Origin: Haliotis rufescens
Taxonomy: Eukaryota
Assembly: GCF_023055435.1 (NCBI RefSeq)
Contig: NW_025964361.1
Coordinates: 33,356,001-33,420,000 of the forward strand
Direction of reading: 5' to 3'
Length of the DNA: 64,000 nucleotides
In this document: one piece after another, positions 62,470 through 64,000 of the stretch
Position numbering within the stretch: the first letter of the stretch is position 1
Layout: every line of letters starts with the position of its first letter
Program-made: the position numbers and the translations under genes
Notes under the pieces: model-generated
What the model was told of the DNA's origin: nothing
Database searches by the model: none
The model's input: only the letters and a program-made list of their open reading frames with translations

Positions 62470-62635
62470 GGGGGCGGTCGGGTAGCATAGTGGTTAAAGC
62501 GTTCGCTCGTCACGCCGAAGACCCGGGTTCGATTCCCGACATGGGTACAATGTGTGAAGCCCATTTGTGGTGTCCCCCGCCGTGATATTGCTGGAATATT
62601 GCTAAAAGCGGCGTTAAACCATACTCACTCACTCA
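62470..62635 (+). mobile_element. Full-length SINE family A
   Basis: 15-bp TSD ctctctcaaagcact. Confidence 0.93.
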
Positions 62636-63496
62636 CTCTCTCAAAGCACTGGACCTCACTAGCCTCCTACCAGAAACTGTTTTTTCTGTAACCACGCTCT
62701 AGTTGTCACACTGCAGATCTTTACCTTAAAATTTGAGAAAGGTATTTCCAAGAAACATGCTGTGATATTGTGCTGAAGATGTGAAGTTGCAATAAAAACC
62801 TATTCTTACATTGTTCACAGATTTATGATGACATATTGTATCGTAAAAGGTATTAAACTGCCAGTGTCTTGTCACATGTAAGAAAAAACAAGCATGACAT
62901 CACCCAGGCAGTTGGAGTGAGAACATGTGACACAGTGCATGCTAATCATGCTTCAGCAACATGCAAACTAACGCACCGGTAGAGACCATGACTATTTTTT
63001 CTTAACTTGCCAAAATCTTGATAATGTTCAAAATTAAACAGAAAAACTGAGGGGTCCATGTCTTAACCCTTACGTTAAAATTTTAAAAGTTTGGGGATCC
63101 CTAGATTCAAATACTATAGGACCTCAAGTACCCAAGGACTCCTCTATCACAATAAAGGCAATCTATTTCAAAATTGCTTCTACCGGAGTGCCATAAATAT
63201 TGTACCTTCACATAGGCATATTTAGGTTTTTGGGAGGTCGGCCTGTGCCTCATGAATCTGAAAGGTCCCCCACAAGACTGCTGCATGCAGAATAGTACTC
63301 ACATAGCTTATCAGTGGCACATCTATCAGCTCTGATCTGGCTGACTGTGTGACATCATACCCTGTTAGTACCTGCTCACATTATTGACTACTGCTTCATC
63401 AGATGCAGACTTGTAAATGTAATAGCTGTTGAAGGTCCTGTTTGGACATTTCCAGGACAGAATAGGTCCCTGGTGCCTCAGGCTTGTTGCTAGATG

Positions 63497-63700
63497 TTTG
63501 GTTTTTAGGTTAACACCACACAGTCATATTCCACAACAGCCTGTAAAATAAAAACAAGACAAACCAGTGATTGATATTAAAAGGAACATCCCACGCCATC
63601 AGAGTATGATGACACACAATCAACAGAACCTGCCCACCCGATCCAGTCGTCTTGGACGACAAGCAGGAGGATGCTGGAGATCAATTCTAATCCGGCATGC
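63497..63700 (-). mobile_element. Decayed SINE family C
   Basis: cacccgatcc...gacgacaagca and tail remnants. Confidence 0.55.
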
Positions 63701-64000
63701 CCATGTGGAGTTTTTGTTGTAAGAGAGGACTAAGATAGCTAGCTAGGGATCGGGTTGTCAGGCTCTGTGACTGGTAGCTGTAATGTATCATCCAACCCCA
63801 TGGACCATTGAGCATGCTTTCAGTTTCTGGATTATGTGGATGAACCTCGTTTTTTTCACAGGCTGCCATGTTATAGCTGGAATATTTCTGAGTAAGTGAT
63901 GTGGTAAGGCCTCTGTTGGGATTTAGTGGGAGAACCATGTTCCAAGTACCCTGATTGTCTGTTGTGATTAAACAGTTTCAAGAGGTAATTTATGGACAGT

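Noticed and set aside
56100-63500. A fifth Ig paralog or other coding exon
   Set aside because: No ORF with signal peptide, Ig or TM marks; the region looks intronic or intergenic.

Overview
AT-rich, repeat-dense eukaryotic genomic DNA. The SINE, MITE and LINE repertoire looks molluscan, probably gastropod or abalone-like; this is from recall and is not verified. (1) The main content is a tandem cluster of four same-strand paralogous genes (ATGs at about 14.6, 28.6, 42.0 and 50.0 kb). Each encodes, in one coding exon, a ~210-aa type I membrane protein: signal peptide, one Ig-like domain, a conserved stalk, a TM helix and a short tail. Paralogs 1 and 3 end in a T-x-L PDZ-type motif, and paralog 4 has a tail frameshift hiding a TTKL end. 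(2) The first three coding exons of a FANCF-like gene lie on the minus strand (2.6-4.4 kb). (3) An intact initiator tRNA-Met gene is at 51.6 kb. (4) Mobile elements include several SINE families sharing one 3' tail, Mutator-, Harbinger- and hAT-type MITEs (several nested), a decayed Penelope-like RT, small Penelope-type foldback elements and a truncated LINE 3' end. (5) There are about 10 tandem arrays, some of which clearly grew out of SINEs or a splice-acceptor region. The very long ORFs in the track are repeat artefacts.
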